This document shows positions 62,913-64,000 of a stretch of 64,000 nucleotides of DNA, one piece after another. The translations under genes and the position numbers were made by a program. Origin of the DNA: Albugo candida (taxonomy: Eukaryota); assembly GCA_040437565.1 (NCBI GenBank), contig JBDOQK010000004.1:434001-498000 (forward strand), read 5' to 3'. Every line of letters begins with the position of its first letter. Position 1 is the stretch's first letter. Below the pieces are notes generated by a model. The model searched no databases and was not told the origin of the DNA. It saw only the letters and a list, made by a program, of their open reading frames with translations.

Positions 62913-63617
62913 ATGAGTGAAAATGGCACTTCGACCACACGAAAAAATACGTCAAAAACAGTGAAAATTTCGCAAACTGTTTCGTCTCATTCGAATTCGA
63001 ATTCAAAAGATCCGAAGAATCGCTTTTTTTTACAAAAAGCGCGATGGGGAAGCGTTTCCCACCGCCATACCGATCCAGAAGTATGGTATGCAAGCGAGTA
63101 CGATCCATTGCGGATGGGAAGTATTGATGGTACAGGCGACATCCTCCATGACAAAGCCCTTCTTCGTGCTTCTAAACACCATTTCGATCCGAATTTAGAC
63201 GCAACTATCAAAAGTGATCCAAAGAAAACACTTTTTGTTGGTCGTATTCACTTGCAAACGAGTCAAGAATCCGTGCGCCAATTTTTCGCATCGTACGGTC
63301 CAATTGCTCATATTCGTCTTGTTCGAGACATCGTAACAAAAGTTTCCAAAGGGTATGCTTTTGTGGAGTATCATCATCGATGTGACTTTGAGCGAGCATT
63401 AGAAGATGCACATCATCGGCTTTTGGATGGACGAAAGCTTCTGGTTGATTATGAACGAAGTCGTCTAATGCCGGGATGGAAGCCAAGACGTTTGGGTGGA
63501 GGTCTTGGTGGAAGGAAAGAATCTGGACAATTGCGTTTTGGAGGTCGAGAGTATCCATTTAAAAGACCGTATTTCCGAGCTGGACGCAAAGGGTTTTTGT
63601 GCATTGATTCCAATTGA
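62913..63617 (+). CDS. SNRNP35: U11/U12 snRNP 35 kDa protein
   Basis: YDPLRMGSIDGT..HDKALLRA; RRM TLFVGR..RLVRDIVT..SKGYAFVEY; GWKPRRLGGGLGGRKESGQLRFGGR. Confidence 0.93.
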   Translation: MSENGTSTTRKNTSKTVKISQTVSSHSNSNSKDPKNRFFLQKARWGSVSHRHTDPEVWYASEYDPLRMGSIDGTGDILHDKALLRASKHHFDPNLDATIKSDPKKTLFVGRIHLQTSQESVRQFFASYGPIAHIRLVRDIVTKVSKGYAFVEYHHRCDFERALEDAHHRLLDGRKLLVDYERSRLMPGWKPRRLGGGLGGRKESGQLRFGGREYPFKRPYFRAGRKGFLCIDSN

Positions 63618-63621
63618 CTAT

Positions 63622-64000
63622 TCAATTGTCCAATAAACTGTTTTGACGAGTGACGAATTCAATTTCATTTTTGATGCTTTTGGTTGAATCGATACGCCAC
63701 TCTTTGTCGGAATGACACTTTGCCCCCATAATCGAGCGACGATCCAATATTTTCGTGTGGAGAGAGTCGAGTTCGGCTTCGAGTTGTAATTCCCGTGCGA
63801 CACTTTCACTTAACAGCTGTTCGAGATACTTGATGCGACTTTGATCGGGTGCCATTTGCAATGCTTCACGGATATTACGACCTTGTGAGCGCTGTCGAGT
63901 CCGTTCTTCCGCTCCACGACGATATCGTTCGACCATTGTGTTGTCGAAATCGGGTAAATCCATGATTATGGACGCAGAAGGCGCTTCTTCGGGTGAGTCT
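63622..64000 (-). CDS. Hypothetical coiled-coil protein, probably 5'-partial
   Basis: Frame appears open to the window edge; heptad-like RIKYLEQLLSESVARELQLEAELDSL. Confidence 0.6.
   Translation of the reverse strand, partial: DSPEEAPSASIIMDLPDFDNTMVERYRRGAEERTRQRSQGRNIREALQMAPDQSRIKYLEQLLSESVARELQLEAELDSLHTKILDRRSIMGAKCHSDKEWRIDSTKSIKNEIEFVTRQNSLLDN

Noticed and set aside
1-64000. CRISPR arrays, operons, prokaryotic defence systems, rRNA
   Set aside because: The sequence is intron-containing eukaryotic DNA; no regularly spaced repeats or rRNA motifs were seen.

Overview
Eukaryotic draft-scaffold DNA, inferred to be an oomycete and most like Albugo (white rust). The inference rests on very compact genes, ~50-60 nt GT-AG introns, oomycete Inr/FPR-like promoter motifs and oomycete-type retroelements. 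Three gene-dense blocks (8.9-15.3, 26.7-40.7 and 52.5-64 kb) plus isocitrate lyase at the left edge alternate with gene-sparse islands of decayed transposons and pseudogenes (1.8-8.9, 15.4-26.6 and 40.9-52.4 kb). There are 13 100-N gaps; 10 are flanked by identical sequence copies, i.e. unmerged contig overlaps rather than real duplications. Most notable observations: (1) collapsing one such overlap gives a single ORF fusing an Arb2/FAM172-like (Argonaute-partner) domain to a C2 + FYVE-like + AGC kinase; (2) a dCMP deaminase carries an N-terminal BED-like zinc finger of probable transposase origin; (3) an 11.5-kb island is bracketed by a diverged ~157-bp direct repeat whose copies serve as the coding end of one gene and the upstream region of COMMD4; (4) a LINE family without a poly(A) tail occurs in three copies, one with a 15-bp target-site duplication; (5) a module-shuffled fold-back repeat; (6) the minor-spliceosome gene SNRNP35. 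All calls were made by eye; no database searches were run.
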